Assembly (NCBI GenBank): GCA_020148045.1
Contig: JAHCRG010000006.1
Coordinates: forward strand, 73,909 to 137,908
Source of the DNA: Patescibacteria group bacterium
GTDB taxonomy: Bacteria; Patescibacteriota; Minisyncoccia; Minisyncoccales; GWA2-38-27
Length of the DNA: 64,000 nt
Direction of reading: 5' to 3'
Part shown: piece by piece, positions 45,845 through 54,547 of the stretch
Layout of the letters: every line of letters begins with the position of its first letter
Numbering within the stretch: the stretch's first letter is position 1
Made by a program: the position numbers and the translations under genes
Notes under the pieces: generated by a model
Database searches by the model: none
What the model was told of the DNA's origin: nothing
What the model saw: the letters and a program-made list of their open reading frames with translations, nothing else

Positions 45845-46456
45845 TCAGCCAATTCCCGGTTGTCTTCCGGAAATCCTTAGAAATATCCATTTTAATACAA
45901 CGCCTAGGCCAACGCCCAAACCACAGCCCAGACCAACGACCAGGCCAAAGAGCAGACCAACGGCCAGACCAAAGAACAGGCTAAAGCCCAGACCAAGGCC
46001 CAGACTATTATCCAGGCCAGAGAACAGACCAACGACCAGACCAACGGCCAGACCAACGACCAGACCAAAGCCAAGACCAACGACCAGATCAGCGTCCAGA
46101 CCAACGACCAGGCCAAAGAGCAGACCAACGGCCAGACCAACGATCAGACCAATGACCAGATCTTCATCTTTTTTAATTATCTCACTTGTAGAAAGAGAAA
46201 TCAGGGCGATAGACCAAATAGGCCCTATTAAGATACCCCACCAGCGAGATACTCCAAAGGGAAGCTCTAAGGTCCAATTTCCTGTCATTTTAATGCTGGT
46301 TACCACTGGAACTGATCCTGCTGCCAGATACCAGATTGCCCAGAAAAGAGCAATCAAGCCCGCTGTTATTAAAGACCATCTCCACATTAACTTATACTTT
46401 CTTTCCTTTTTCATTTTTTTTATCCTTTCAAGAAATATTCTGTTAATAAAGACCAA
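45845..46456 (-). CDS. membrane protein with ~22 tandem GLxx tetrapeptides (continuous glycine zipper)
   Basis: Two N-terminal TM-like segments, then GLIVGLAVGLLFGLVVGLDADLVVGLGFGLVVGL...GLGVGLGVVL (45893..46150) encoded by a 12-nt DNA period. Alternative start MKKERK at 46414. Confidence 0.6.
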   Translation of the reverse strand: MVFINRIFLERIKKMKKERKYKLMWRWSLITAGLIALFWAIWYLAAGSVPVVTSIKMTGNWTLELPFGVSRWWGILIGPIWSIALISLSTSEIIKKDEDLVIGLIVGLAVGLLFGLVVGLDADLVVGLGFGLVVGLAVGLVVGLFSGLDNSLGLGLGFSLFFGLAVGLLFGLVVGLGCGLGVGLGVVLKWIFLRISGRQPGIG

Positions 46457-46508
46457 ATTTTGAACTACTCACACTATATACCCATCCGCCAATCCCGTCA
46501 AGTTTTTG

Positions 46509-46536
46509 TTGACTTTCAGACATATTTTGCTATAAT
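46509..46536 (+). promoter_or_regulatory. near-consensus promoter TTGACT-16-(TGc)TATAAT
   Basis: -35 at 46509..46514; extended -10 at 46528..46536. Confidence 0.6.
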
Positions 46537-46592
46537 TCTAATAAAACGAAGTATTAATTGTCCTTTTAAAAAAAGAAAGGAGGACGAGATGA

Positions 46593-46943
46593 ATGAGTAA
46601 GAAAAGAACTGAAATAAATTTGATGACAATAACCGTGAGGGGGCTAAGAAGACTTCTCTCTCAGCTCCCGGTTATAGCTGGGGGAGCGAGGCCTAAAAAG
46701 GATCAAATGATTGAAGGCAGAGTAGGTGATACTTATTTTCGCATTACCAAAGAGAAATCGTCTAACCCTCCTGGTTATAGTTTTTATGCTCTTCGTGTTT
46801 CTAATCCCTCAAAAGATAAGCGCCTAACTTTAACTTCTACGTTTATTAGTTTGTTAGGCAATCCATTGATGGAATTTCCAGCTAAAGCTCTACCAGATAC
46901 CGATTCTCTTTTTTGGGATGCAAAACAAATTGACATAGAGTAA
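46593..46943 (+). CDS. 116-aa hypothetical protein (orphan unit)
   Basis: SD AAAGGAGG 9 nt upstream; has its own promoter and terminator; no recognisable motif. Confidence 0.5.
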   Translation: MSKKRTEINLMTITVRGLRRLLSQLPVIAGGARPKKDQMIEGRVGDTYFRITKEKSSNPPGYSFYALRVSNPSKDKRLTLTSTFISLLGNPLMEFPAKALPDTDSLFWDAKQIDIE

Positions 46944-46948
46944 TAAAG

Positions 46949-46976
46949 AAGCGGTTTCTTAAAACCGCTTTTTTTT
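46949..46976 (+). terminator. rho-independent terminator
   Basis: AAGCGGTTT-CTTA-AAACCGCTT followed by TTTTTT. Confidence 0.8.
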
Positions 46977-47006
46977 AATTATCGTTTAGCATGTTAGAAT
47001 AATAAA

Positions 47007-47642
47007 ATGAAATACCCTAATTTTAATGAGGAAAGGAAGTTGTGGAGAAAGGGATATAAGATGGTGGTTGGAATAGATGAGAGTGGAAGGGGCCCGTTAG
47101 CGGCACCAGTGGTAGCTGCCGCAGTTTGTTTTAAAAAAAATCCAGAATCTAACATCTATAATCCAATATCTAATTTAAAAGATTCAAAAAAACTAAGTTT
47201 TAAAAAAAGAGAAGAGATTTACAAGATTCTGCTTGAGACGCCAAAAATAAAGTGGGGGATAGGACGGGTTTCAGAGAAGGTTATAGATAGAATCAATATT
47301 TTAGAAGCAACAAAATTGGCAATGAAAAGAGCAGTGAGGAATTTAGAGAAGAAATGTTCTTGCTCTGATTTTTTGATAGTTGATGGGAATTTCGGCATAA
47401 ACTTAGATATTCCGCAGAAATCAGTTATTAAAGCAGATGAAAAAGTTTTTTCTTGCGTTGCTGCCGGTATTATTGCTAAAGTTACCAGAGATAGAATGAT
47501 GTTCAGATATCATAAAAAATACCCTTGTTATTGTTTTGATAGACACAAAGGGTATCCAACCAAACTACATCGGAAAATGCTTAAAAAACATGGACCTTGT
47601 AAAATTCATAGAAGGAGTTTTAGACCGGTTAGCAACTATTGA
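47007..47642 (+). CDS. rnhB: ribonuclease HII
   Basis: VGIDESGRGPLAAPVVAAAV; DSKKLS...RE; VDG. Extended -10 TGtTAGAAT lies 6 nt upstream of the ATG. Confidence 0.9.
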   Translation: MKYPNFNEERKLWRKGYKMVVGIDESGRGPLAAPVVAAAVCFKKNPESNIYNPISNLKDSKKLSFKKREEIYKILLETPKIKWGIGRVSEKVIDRINILEATKLAMKRAVRNLEKKCSCSDFLIVDGNFGINLDIPQKSVIKADEKVFSCVAAGIIAKVTRDRMMFRYHKKYPCYCFDRHKGYPTKLHRKMLKKHGPCKIHRRSFRPVSNY

Positions 47643-47676
47643 AAAGTTTTGATTATTTTGTTAGGATAGACTTATT

Positions 47677-47961
47677 ATGGCTGTTCCAAAACAAAGAAAG
47701 ACGAAATCAAGAAGGAATCAACGGAGGATGCATATTTTTCTTGAAGCTCCGGGATTAACGCCTTGTCCAAAATGCGGTAAGCTGGTTTTGCCTCATACTG
47801 TTTGTTTAAACTGCGGATATTACAAAGGAATAGAAGCGATTGATGTTATGAAGAAATTGACCAAGAAGGAAAAGAAGAAAAAACAAAAAGAAATAGCAGC
47901 CAAAGAAAAAGAAGAAAAGAAAGGAAAGCCATTGAGCATGGAAGGACTTTCTAAAAGATAA
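47677..47961 (+). CDS. rpmF: 50S ribosomal protein L32 with a Lys-rich C-terminal extension
   Basis: [18 protein letters not shown]; CPKCG....PH.VC..CGYY.G; tail [22 protein letters not shown]. Confidence 0.9.
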   Translation: MAVPKQRKTKSRRNQRRMHIFLEAPGLTPCPKCGKLVLPHTVCLNCGYYKGIEAIDVMKKLTKKEKKKKQKEIAAKEKEEKKGKPLSMEGLSKR

Positions 47962-47966
47962 TTATT

Positions 47967-48392
47967 ATGGCTTCAAGACATTTATCACGTTCAATAGCAA
48001 TGCAAAGTTTATATGAATGGGACTTTTCTGGTAAAAAATCAGAGGATTTAGAGAAGATTGTTGAGAAAAACATCAAAGAATTTGGACCAGGGCTTGAAGA
48101 TAAGGAGTTTGTCTGGCAATTAGTTAATGGAGTTATTTCAAAGCTTTCTGACCTGGACAAGATTATTGAGAAAGCAGCTCCTGAATGGCCGATTGAACAA
48201 ATAACTATTGTTGATAGAAATGTTTTAAGAATTGGGCTCTATGAGCTTTTATATGGAAACAAAGAAGAAGTTCCTCCAAAAGTTGCAATAAACGAGGCAA
48301 TTGAGTTGGCTAAAACTTTTGGTGGAGAAAGTTCCGGAAAGTTTATTAATGGCGTCCTCGGCACCGTCTATAAAGAAATAGAAAAAAAATGA
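47967..48392 (+). CDS. nusB: transcription antitermination factor NusB
   Basis: SR..A.Q.LY.WDF; W....I..VDRN.LR.G.YEL.....[15 protein letters not shown]. Confidence 0.85.
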   Translation: MASRHLSRSIAMQSLYEWDFSGKKSEDLEKIVEKNIKEFGPGLEDKEFVWQLVNGVISKLSDLDKIIEKAAPEWPIEQITIVDRNVLRIGLYELLYGNKEEVPPKVAINEAIELAKTFGGESSGKFINGVLGTVYKEIEKK

Positions 48393-49084
48393 TTAAGAAA
48401 GATTTTTCAAAATTAGAGAAAAAATTAAATTTAAAATTTAAAAATAAAGATTTACTTGTTCAGGCCTTTGTTCATAGGTCTTTTTTAAATGAAAATCCTG
48501 ATCTTAAGCTTTCCCATAATGAAAGATTAGAATTTTTAGGAGATGCAATATTAGAAGAAGTAGTTACAGAATACTTATTTCGAAATTATCCTAAAAAATC
48601 AGAAGGTGAGTTGACTACTTGGCGAGCAGCTTTGGTCAATGCTAAAATGCTGGCAAAAATTGCCCAAAATTCGGGTTTTAATGATTTTCTTTTGCTTTCC
48701 CAGGGAGAATTAAAGGAAGAAGGTAAAGCTCGGCAGGATATTTTGGCTGATACTCTTGAGGCATTTATTGGAAGTTTGTATCTTGACCAGGGATTAAATT
48801 CTTGTAAAGATTTTATTGAGAAACATTTAATAAAAGAATTACCCCATATTATTGAAGCCCGTCTTTTTAAAGATGCTAAGTCACACCTTCAGGAAGAATC
48901 TCAAGAGAGATTAGGAGTTACCCCTATTTATAGAGTTTTGAAAGAGTGGGGCCCGGATCATGTTAAGCATTTCGTTGTCGGTGTTTTTCTTGGCAAAGAT
49001 TTAATAGCGGAAGGGGAGGGTTCTTCAAAGCAGGAGGCAGAAGAAGCAGCAGCCAAAGAAGCCCTGAAAATAAAGACTTGGTAA
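48389..49084 (+). CDS. rnc: ribonuclease III
   Basis: [13 protein letters not shown] signature plus a C-terminal dsRBD (GPDH.K.F.V.V......[15 protein letters not shown]). Confidence 0.9.
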   Translation: MIKKDFSKLEKKLNLKFKNKDLLVQAFVHRSFLNENPDLKLSHNERLEFLGDAILEEVVTEYLFRNYPKKSEGELTTWRAALVNAKMLAKIAQNSGFNDFLLLSQGELKEEGKARQDILADTLEAFIGSLYLDQGLNSCKDFIEKHLIKELPHIIEARLFKDAKSHLQEESQERLGVTPIYRVLKEWGPDHVKHFVVGVFLGKDLIAEGEGSSKQEAEEAAAKEALKIKTW

Positions 49085-49097
49085 TTAGTATAATTTT

Positions 49098-49559
49098 ATG
49101 CTTCGTATTCGTTTTTTCAGAGTCGGTAAAAAAAATCAACCTTCTTTTAAGATTGTGGTTACTGATAAGAGAAGGCCGCCAAGAGGTGGTCGTTTTGTGG
49201 AGGAAGTTGGATTTTGGAACCCTTTAACCAAAGAAAAAATGTTGAGAGCGGAGCGAATTAAATATTGGCTCTCAGTAGGAGCTAAGCTATCAGATAGTGT
49301 TAATAATTTATTAGTGAAAGAAAAAATCTTGGAAGGTAAAAAGATTCCTCTTCATAAAAAGAAGAAAGAGAAGAAACCCGCCTCCGCTGAAGTTACGGCG
49401 GGCAAGAAAGAAGTTAAGGAAGAAGCTAAGTCTGAAGAAGCCAAGCAGGAGAAACCAAAAGAGGAAGCTGCTAAGCCTGAAGAACCCAAAAAAGAAGTTA
49501 AAACTCAAGAACCAAAAGAAGAGAAAAAAGAGAAACCTAAAGAGGCAACTAGCTCTTGA
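49098..49559 (+). CDS. rpsP: 30S ribosomal protein S16 with a ~70-aa Lys/Glu-rich C-terminal extension
   Basis: MLRIRF.R.GKKN.P.FKIVV.D.R..R.GRF.E.VGFWNP. Confidence 0.9.
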   Translation: MLRIRFFRVGKKNQPSFKIVVTDKRRPPRGGRFVEEVGFWNPLTKEKMLRAERIKYWLSVGAKLSDSVNNLLVKEKILEGKKIPLHKKKKEKKPASAEVTAGKKEVKEEAKSEEAKQEKPKEEAAKPEEPKKEVKTQEPKEEKKEKPKEATSS

Positions 49560-49583
49560 CACAATCTTTTTAAAGAGTATAAT
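49556..49583 (+). promoter_or_regulatory. consensus promoter TTGACA-16-TATAAT overlapping the rpsP stop
   Basis: -35 at 49556..49561, -10 at 49578..49583. Confidence 0.6.
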
Positions 49584-49590
49584 TAAAAAT

Positions 49591-49658
49591 AGTAGCTTTT
49601 AAGATTCCTATTCTCTGGATAGATAGAGAATCAGGCGAACAGAAAAGGTCGAGCTACT
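49591..49658 (+). promoter_or_regulatory. 68-nt 5'-terminal stem-loop structure in the leader of the KH-domain gene
   Basis: AGTAGCT (49591..49597) pairs with AGCTACT (49652..49658). Inner hairpin ATTCTCT-GGATAGAT-AGAGAAT is extended by CCT/AGG. Confidence 0.45.
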
Positions 49659-49685
49659 TAGTAAGAAAATTAACTTGAACGACTT

Positions 49686-50000
49686 ATGGCAAAAGATACT
49701 GACAAGGAATTCCTTGAGTTTATTGTAAAAGCACTGGTCGACCACCCAGAAGATGTCAAAATTGACCGAAAGGTTGACGAAATGGGAGTTTTACTTTCTT
49801 TGAAAGTAAATCCTGAAGACATGGGTCAAATCATTGGTCGAGCTGGTTCAACTGCTAGGGCTATTAGATCTTTAGTTCGAATTGTTGGCTTAAAAAATCA
49901 CGCCAGAGTGAACTTAAAGATTGAAGAGCCGGAAGGTGGTAGAACAGCTGCTCAAGGGAAAAAAGCTTCATCTGAAGGATTGGAAGATTTGAAGCTGTAA
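49686..50000 (+). CDS. KH-domain RNA-binding protein (YlqC/UPF0109 family)
   Basis: L..IV.ALVD.PEDV......E......L.V...D.G..IGR.G.TA.AIR..V; position between rpsP and trmD. Confidence 0.8.
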   Translation: MAKDTDKEFLEFIVKALVDHPEDVKIDRKVDEMGVLLSLKVNPEDMGQIIGRAGSTARAIRSLVRIVGLKNHARVNLKIEEPEGGRTAAQGKKASSEGLEDLKL

Positions 50001-50075
50001 TCTCGGAAAAGATTTATCTTTTCGGAAAACAGTGCTACTATTATGGTAGGACTGTTTTCATTTGTTTTAAGTTTT

Positions 50076-50759
50076 ATGATAAAGTTTGATATCGTTACAA
50101 TTTTTCCAGAGATTTTTAACTCTTATCTTTCAGAGAGTTTGATTTCGCGGGCTATAAAGAAAAAACTAATAAAAGTTAATGTTCGTAATTTGAGAGACTG
50201 GACTTCTGATAAACACAAAACTGTTGATGACAAGCCATTTGGCGGCGGGCTTGGGATGGTGATGAAGGTGGAGCCAATTTTTAAAGCCGTATCGGCTTTA
50301 AAAAAAAGAACAAGAAACAAGAAACAAGAAACAAAAGTGATTTTATTTACTCCTCGGGGCAAAAAGTTTAATCAGAAAATGGCTTATCAATTCAGTAAAT
50401 TGAATCAGGTAATTTTAATTTGCGGAAGGTATGAAGGGGTTGATGAGAGAGTAGCTAAACATATTGCTGATGTTGAATTGTCAATAGGGGATTATGTTTT
50501 AATGGGCGGGGAGCTTCCAGCTATGGTAGTAATAGAGACAATAGCCAGATTAATCCCCGGCGTTTTAGGAAAACCACAATTATTGAAAGAAAGAGTTACC
50601 AAAGAAAAAGGATTTGTTGAGTATCCTCAATATACTCGTCCAGAAGTTTTTTCTCCTAAAAAGGGTATAGATTGGGAGATTCCAAAAATATTGCTTTCCG
50701 GCAATCATAAAAAGATTGAGGAATGGAGAAGAAAACACAGGAAAATCATTGAAAAATAG
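50076..50759 (+). CDS. trmD: tRNA (guanine37-N1)-methyltransferase
   Basis: MIKFDIVTIFPE.F; DD.PFGGG.GMVM...P; CGRYEG.DERV; LSIGDYVL.GGELPA.V; ILLSGNH..I..WR. Confidence 0.9.
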   Translation: MIKFDIVTIFPEIFNSYLSESLISRAIKKKLIKVNVRNLRDWTSDKHKTVDDKPFGGGLGMVMKVEPIFKAVSALKKRTRNKKQETKVILFTPRGKKFNQKMAYQFSKLNQVILICGRYEGVDERVAKHIADVELSIGDYVLMGGELPAMVVIETIARLIPGVLGKPQLLKERVTKEKGFVEYPQYTRPEVFSPKKGIDWEIPKILLSGNHKKIEEWRRKHRKIIEK

Positions 50760-50785
50760 CTATTTTTGTGGTAAGATAGCTTGGA

Positions 50786-50870
50786 GGGTGCGTAGTCCTA
50801 TAGGGGGTAGGAGCAGTCTGTAAAACTGATGTCCGTATGGGCCCCGTCGGTTCGACTCCGACCGCACCCA
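50786..50870 (+). tRNA. tRNA-Tyr(GTA), class II with a long variable arm
   Basis: Acceptor GGGTGCG/CGCACCC, anticodon loop CTGTAAA, long variable arm, T arm GTCGG-TTCGACT-CCGAC. Extended -10 TGgTAAGAT lies 8 nt upstream. Confidence 0.8.
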
Positions 50871-50878
50871 CAATAATT

Positions 50879-50952
50879 GCCAGGATAGCTCAGGTGGTTA
50901 GAGCACGTCATTGGTAATGACGGGGTCGTGAGTTCAACTCTCACTCCTGGCT
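50879..50952 (+). tRNA. tRNA-Thr(GGT)
   Basis: Acceptor GCCAGGA/TCCTGGC, anticodon stem CGTCA/TGACG with loop TTGGTAA, T arm GTGAG-TTCAACT-CTCAC. Confidence 0.85.
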
Positions 50953-50959
50953 CAGGGGT

Positions 50960-51121
50960 ATGGCAAAGAAGAAACCGTTTATAAAGCTTCAATGTGAAGT
51001 TTGCAAAAGGATAAATTATTTTACTCGTAAATCAAAAAAATTAGCCGAGGAGAAATTAGATTTGAAAAAATTCTGCAAATGGTGCAGAAAACATACGGTA
51101 CATAAGGAAGGGAAGAAATAA
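50960..51121 (+). CDS. rpmG: 50S ribosomal protein L33 (not in ORF track)
   Basis: Hand translation gives MAKKKPFIKLQCEVCKRINYFTRKSKKLAEEKLDLKKFCKWCRKHTVHKEGKK*. Zinc-ribbon form CxxC...CxxC. Confidence 0.9.
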   Translation: MAKKKPFIKLQCEVCKRINYFTRKSKKLAEEKLDLKKFCKWCRKHTVHKEGKK

Positions 51122-51130
51122 GAAGAATAA

Positions 51131-51203
51131 GGGTCCGTAGTTCAACTGGCAGAACGCTGGTCTCCAAAACCAGAGGTTCCAGGTTCAACTCCTGGCGGAC
51201 CCG
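51131..51203 (+). tRNA. tRNA-Trp(CCA)
   Basis: Acceptor GGGTCCG/CGGACCC, anticodon stem CTGGT/ACCAG with loop CTCCAAA, T arm CCAGG-TTCAACT-CCTGG. Confidence 0.85.
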
Positions 51204-51210
51204 CAAAAAT

Positions 51211-51240
51211 AGATGCGTTTCTCAACGCATCTTTTAATTT
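51211..51240 (+). terminator. terminator after tRNA-Trp
   Basis: AGATGCGT-TTCTCA-ACGCATCT followed by TTTAATTT. Confidence 0.65.
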
Positions 51241-51266
51241 CAGCTGAAATAATATAAAATGATAAT

Positions 51267-51761
51267 ATGGCGATTTTAGAGATTAAAAAATTTAATGAGC
51301 CGGTTTTGAGAGAGAAATGCAAAAAAGTAGGGAGAGTGGATAAGAAGATAAAAAAACTTATTGTTGATATGGTTCAAACAATGAGAAAAGGACAAGGAAT
51401 TGGTTTGGCAGCTCCTCAGGTTGGGGTATTGAAAAGAGTAATTGTTGTTCAAACTGATTTAGAGGGTCAGCGGATTTTAGCTTTGGTTAATCCTAAAATT
51501 ATCAAAAAGAGCCAGGAAAAAGAAAAAAAAGAGGAAGGCTGTTTGAGTTTTCCCGGAATTTTTTTAGAAATAAAAAGAGCTGAAGAAGTAGAAGTTGAGG
51601 GATTAGATATAAAAGGGAAAAAAATTAAGTTGAAAGCAAAAGGACTTTTGGCTCGAGTTTTCCAGCACGAAATTGACCATTTGGATGGAATTTTGTTTTT
51701 CAACCGCTTAAGTTTTATCAAAAAATTAAGATTTAAACTAAAGTATCTTTCAATTCATTAA
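51267..51761 (+). CDS. def: peptide deformylase
   Basis: GIGLAAPQVG, EGCLSFPG and QHEIDHLDG motifs. Confidence 0.95.
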   Translation: MAILEIKKFNEPVLREKCKKVGRVDKKIKKLIVDMVQTMRKGQGIGLAAPQVGVLKRVIVVQTDLEGQRILALVNPKIIKKSQEKEKKEEGCLSFPGIFLEIKRAEEVEVEGLDIKGKKIKLKAKGLLARVFQHEIDHLDGILFFNRLSFIKKLRFKLKYLSIH

Positions 51762-51773
51762 AACAAATTTATT

Positions 51774-52391
51774 ATGAATTTAATTGATTCTCTAATTCAA
51801 GATGGCTGGTTAAAGACACCAAAAATAATTGATGCCTTTAGAGAGATAAAAAGGGCTGATTTTATGCCGGAGGATATGAGAAATTTAGCTGAACTTAATG
51901 AAGCCCTGCCGATTGGCTATGGCCAGACAATTTCCCAACCCTTAGTGGTTGCTTTTATGCTGGAACAGTTACAACCGGAATCAGGAGATAATATTTTGGA
52001 TATTGGCTCTGGCTCTGGATGGACAACAGCCCTGCTGGCTCAAATAGTGGGCCCAAAGGGAAAAATTACAGCAATAGAAATAGTTCCAGAACTAAAAGAA
52101 TTCGGTGAGAAGAACGTGGCTAAATACAATTTTATAGAAAAAGGGCTCGTGGAATTTATCTGTGCTGATGGCTCAAAAGGTTATGAAAAAGAAGCGCCTT
52201 TTGATAAAATTTTAGCTTCTGCAGCAGTCCAGGGAAAAATTCCTCAGGCCTGGAAAGAGCAAATAAAAATTGGTGGTAGAATAGTTACTCCTATCGGGTC
52301 TTCAATCTGGGTTTTAATAAAAAAATCTAAAAAAGAATTTGAAGAAATTGAACATCCTGGCTTTGTCTTTGTTCCTCTGATTCAAAAATGA
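51774..52391 (+). CDS. pcm: protein-L-isoaspartate O-methyltransferase
   Basis: GYGQTISQP.VVA.MLE.L; LDIGSGSGW.TALLA (SAM motif I). Confidence 0.85.
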   Translation: MNLIDSLIQDGWLKTPKIIDAFREIKRADFMPEDMRNLAELNEALPIGYGQTISQPLVVAFMLEQLQPESGDNILDIGSGSGWTTALLAQIVGPKGKITAIEIVPELKEFGEKNVAKYNFIEKGLVEFICADGSKGYEKEAPFDKILASAAVQGKIPQAWKEQIKIGGRIVTPIGSSIWVLIKKSKKEFEEIEHPGFVFVPLIQK

Positions 52392-53320
52392 AGTATTTTA
52401 TAACATTAATTGTGGTTATTATTTTAATTGGAGGGTTTTGGGTTTGGCAAGGAATTTACTACCCAGTAAGTCCTGATTCTGATGAAACAGTAATTTTTCT
52501 GGTTAAAAAAGGAGAAGGAGCAAAGGAGATTTCAATTAATTTAAAAGAACAAGGCCTAATTAGATATGGCTCTTTTTTTAGAGTTTATGTTTTATTTAAA
52601 GAGGTCGGTGGAGATCTTAAAGCTGGGGAGTATGAATTATCACGAGCAATGGCCATTCCTGAGATTGTAAATAAATTAGCTTCAGGCGATAGAATTAAAA
52701 AGATAATTATCATAATTGAGGGATGGAATTTAGAAGATATTAGAAATTATCTTGAAGAAAAGGGGATTGCCAAGGCAAAAGAACTAGATCCGAGCTTGGA
52801 AGGTTATTTATTTCCTGATACTTATGAAATTTCTCCTGAAGACGGGATTGAAGAAATTGTTGAAAAAATGCTTGATAATTTTGATAAGAAACTGACTTCA
52901 GAATTAAGAGAAGAAATTTCTTCGCAGGGAAAGACCGTTCATGAAATAGTAATAATAGCTTCTTTACTTGAAAAAGAAGTGAGAACTTTTAAAGACAAGA
53001 AAATTGTTGCTGGAATTTTATGGAAAAGATTAGAGAGCAATATGCTTTTGCAAGTAGATGCAACTATCACTTATATCACTGGCAGAAAAACAACAAAAAT
53101 TTTAAAAGAAGAACTCCAGATTGATTCTCCTTACAACACTTATAAATATAAAGGACTGCCCTTGGGTCCTATTTCCAATCCCGGCCTGGAAAGTATTTTG
53201 GCAGCGATTTATCCTCAAGAAAGCCAATATCTTTATTACTTATCTACCCCAGAAGGAGAAACAATTTTCAGCAGAACCTTGAAAGAACATAACGAAGCCA
53301 AAGCCAAATATTTAAAGTAG
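52388..53320 (+). CDS. mltG: endolytic murein transglycosylase MltG (YceG-like)
   Basis: N-terminal TM; LKAGEYEL; EGYLFPDTYE; ASL.EKE; DSPYNTY...GLP.GPI.NPG. Confidence 0.85.
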   Translation: MKYFITLIVVIILIGGFWVWQGIYYPVSPDSDETVIFLVKKGEGAKEISINLKEQGLIRYGSFFRVYVLFKEVGGDLKAGEYELSRAMAIPEIVNKLASGDRIKKIIIIIEGWNLEDIRNYLEEKGIAKAKELDPSLEGYLFPDTYEISPEDGIEEIVEKMLDNFDKKLTSELREEISSQGKTVHEIVIIASLLEKEVRTFKDKKIVAGILWKRLESNMLLQVDATITYITGRKTTKILKEELQIDSPYNTYKYKGLPLGPISNPGLESILAAIYPQESQYLYYLSTPEGETIFSRTLKEHNEAKAKYLK

Positions 53321-53366
53321 GGGCTTTGATGTTTATTGCGATAATTGATACAATAGAGTAAAGCTT

Positions 53367-53891
53367 ATGAGAAAGAAAATAGCAATGATTATTGCTTTTC
53401 GGGAGTTTCGGGATGAGGAGTACTTTATTCCAAAGCAGACCTTAGAAGCTGCTGGAGCTGAAGTTACTACTGTTAGTACTTCTTTTGGAAAAGCAATTGG
53501 GAAGTTAGGCGGGGAGGCGGAGGTTAGTATTTTGCTCAGAGACCTTAAGGTAGCAGACTACGATGCAATTTTATTTATTGGAGGGCCGGGAGCTGCAAAT
53601 TATATGGATGATGAGACCTGTCATCAAATTGCTAGAGAAGTGGTTGAAAATAATAGGGTTTTAGGAGCAATTTGTATTGCTCCTGCAATTTTAGCTAAAG
53701 CAGGAGTTTTAGATGGTAAAAAGGCAACTGTTTGGAGTTCTCCTCTGGATAGATCTACTGTCAAAATTTTAGAAGAAAATGGAGCAATTTTCCAAAAAGA
53801 CTCAGTGGTTGTAGATGGAAAGATAGTTACTGGAAATGGACCTGGCGCTGCTAAAGAATTTGGAGAAAAAATAGTTGAAATTCTACAATAA
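53367..53891 (+). CDS. DJ-1/PfpI family protein
   Basis: DA..F.GG.G; GAICIAP nucleophile-elbow Cys; V.DG..VTG.GP. Confidence 0.8.
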   Translation: MRKKIAMIIAFREFRDEEYFIPKQTLEAAGAEVTTVSTSFGKAIGKLGGEAEVSILLRDLKVADYDAILFIGGPGAANYMDDETCHQIAREVVENNRVLGAICIAPAILAKAGVLDGKKATVWSSPLDRSTVKILEENGAIFQKDSVVVDGKIVTGNGPGAAKEFGEKIVEILQ

Positions 53892-53902
53892 ATGCAATAA
53901 AA

Positions 53903-54547
53903 ATGTCTATTTTTGAAAATCTTCCAATATTTGTTCTTCTTTTAGCTTTTTTTGTTGTTTTCGTTATATTTCTTTTTGGGGGATTTGTTATGTTAAGTGC
54001 AGGAATCGATATCCAGAAAATAGAAAGAGGTAGGAGAATCTTATTAAATTCCCTCTATGCTCTTTTTATAGTCCTGCTAATTGCTTTTGTTTTCTTCTTA
54101 GTTAGTTATCTGCTTCAAAGGGGAGAAGTTTTTAAACCACCTGAAGTTTCCGGAGAATTTCCTCCTTCCCTTGTTGCTAACTTCCCTCCAGCTCCTCAAT
54201 TTATTGAAATTGGCGAGTATTACTTTAATGGACCTTGGTCATTGAAAGAGAATGATGTTATTGATAGAGCCGGGATATATACAATTTTATGTAAAAAAAA
54301 CGGGGAATATGATATAATCTATATTGGGGAAAATGAAGAAGCAAGCCGCCTTTTAGGACATAGCCAATATAGATGCTGGCTGGAAAACTGCAATCAAGAA
54401 CTCAAGAATCTTTATCTGGCAGCTTTTTGGATGCCGACAGACAAATATGGTTATGCTGTGAGAAAAAAATTCAAAGAGGAATTAGAAGAGCAAATTAAGC
54501 CGGCCTGCCCACCCCCAGTTACAGAATCTAATTATCTAAACCAATGA
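53903..54547 (+). CDS. two-TM membrane protein with a C-terminal GIY-YIG-like motif
   Basis: TM helices LPIFVLLLAFFVVFVIFLFGGFVML and LYALFIVLLIAFVFFLVSYLL; AGIYTILCKKNGEYDIIYIGENEEASRLLGH (GIY..YIG..R...H spacing). Confidence 0.5.
   Translation: MSIFENLPIFVLLLAFFVVFVIFLFGGFVMLSAGIDIQKIERGRRILLNSLYALFIVLLIAFVFFLVSYLLQRGEVFKPPEVSGEFPPSLVANFPPAPQFIEIGEYYFNGPWSLKENDVIDRAGIYTILCKKNGEYDIIYIGENEEASRLLGHSQYRCWLENCNQELKNLYLAAFWMPTDKYGYAVRKKFKEELEEQIKPACPPPVTESNYLNQ

Noticed and set aside
45660-46463. 267-aa plus-strand ORF with RPTTRPKSRPTARP repeats
   Set aside because: It is the antisense reading of the GC-rich 12-nt repeat, overlaps the dnaE start and has no start context. The minus-strand frame gives a coherent TM/glycine-zipper protein. 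The third ORF (45904..46140, minus) is another repeat artefact.
50003-50030. Palindrome GAAAAGAT-TT-ATCTTTTC after the KH-domain gene as a terminator
   Set aside because: The loop is too small for the full stem and no U tract follows. trmD is probably co-transcribed.
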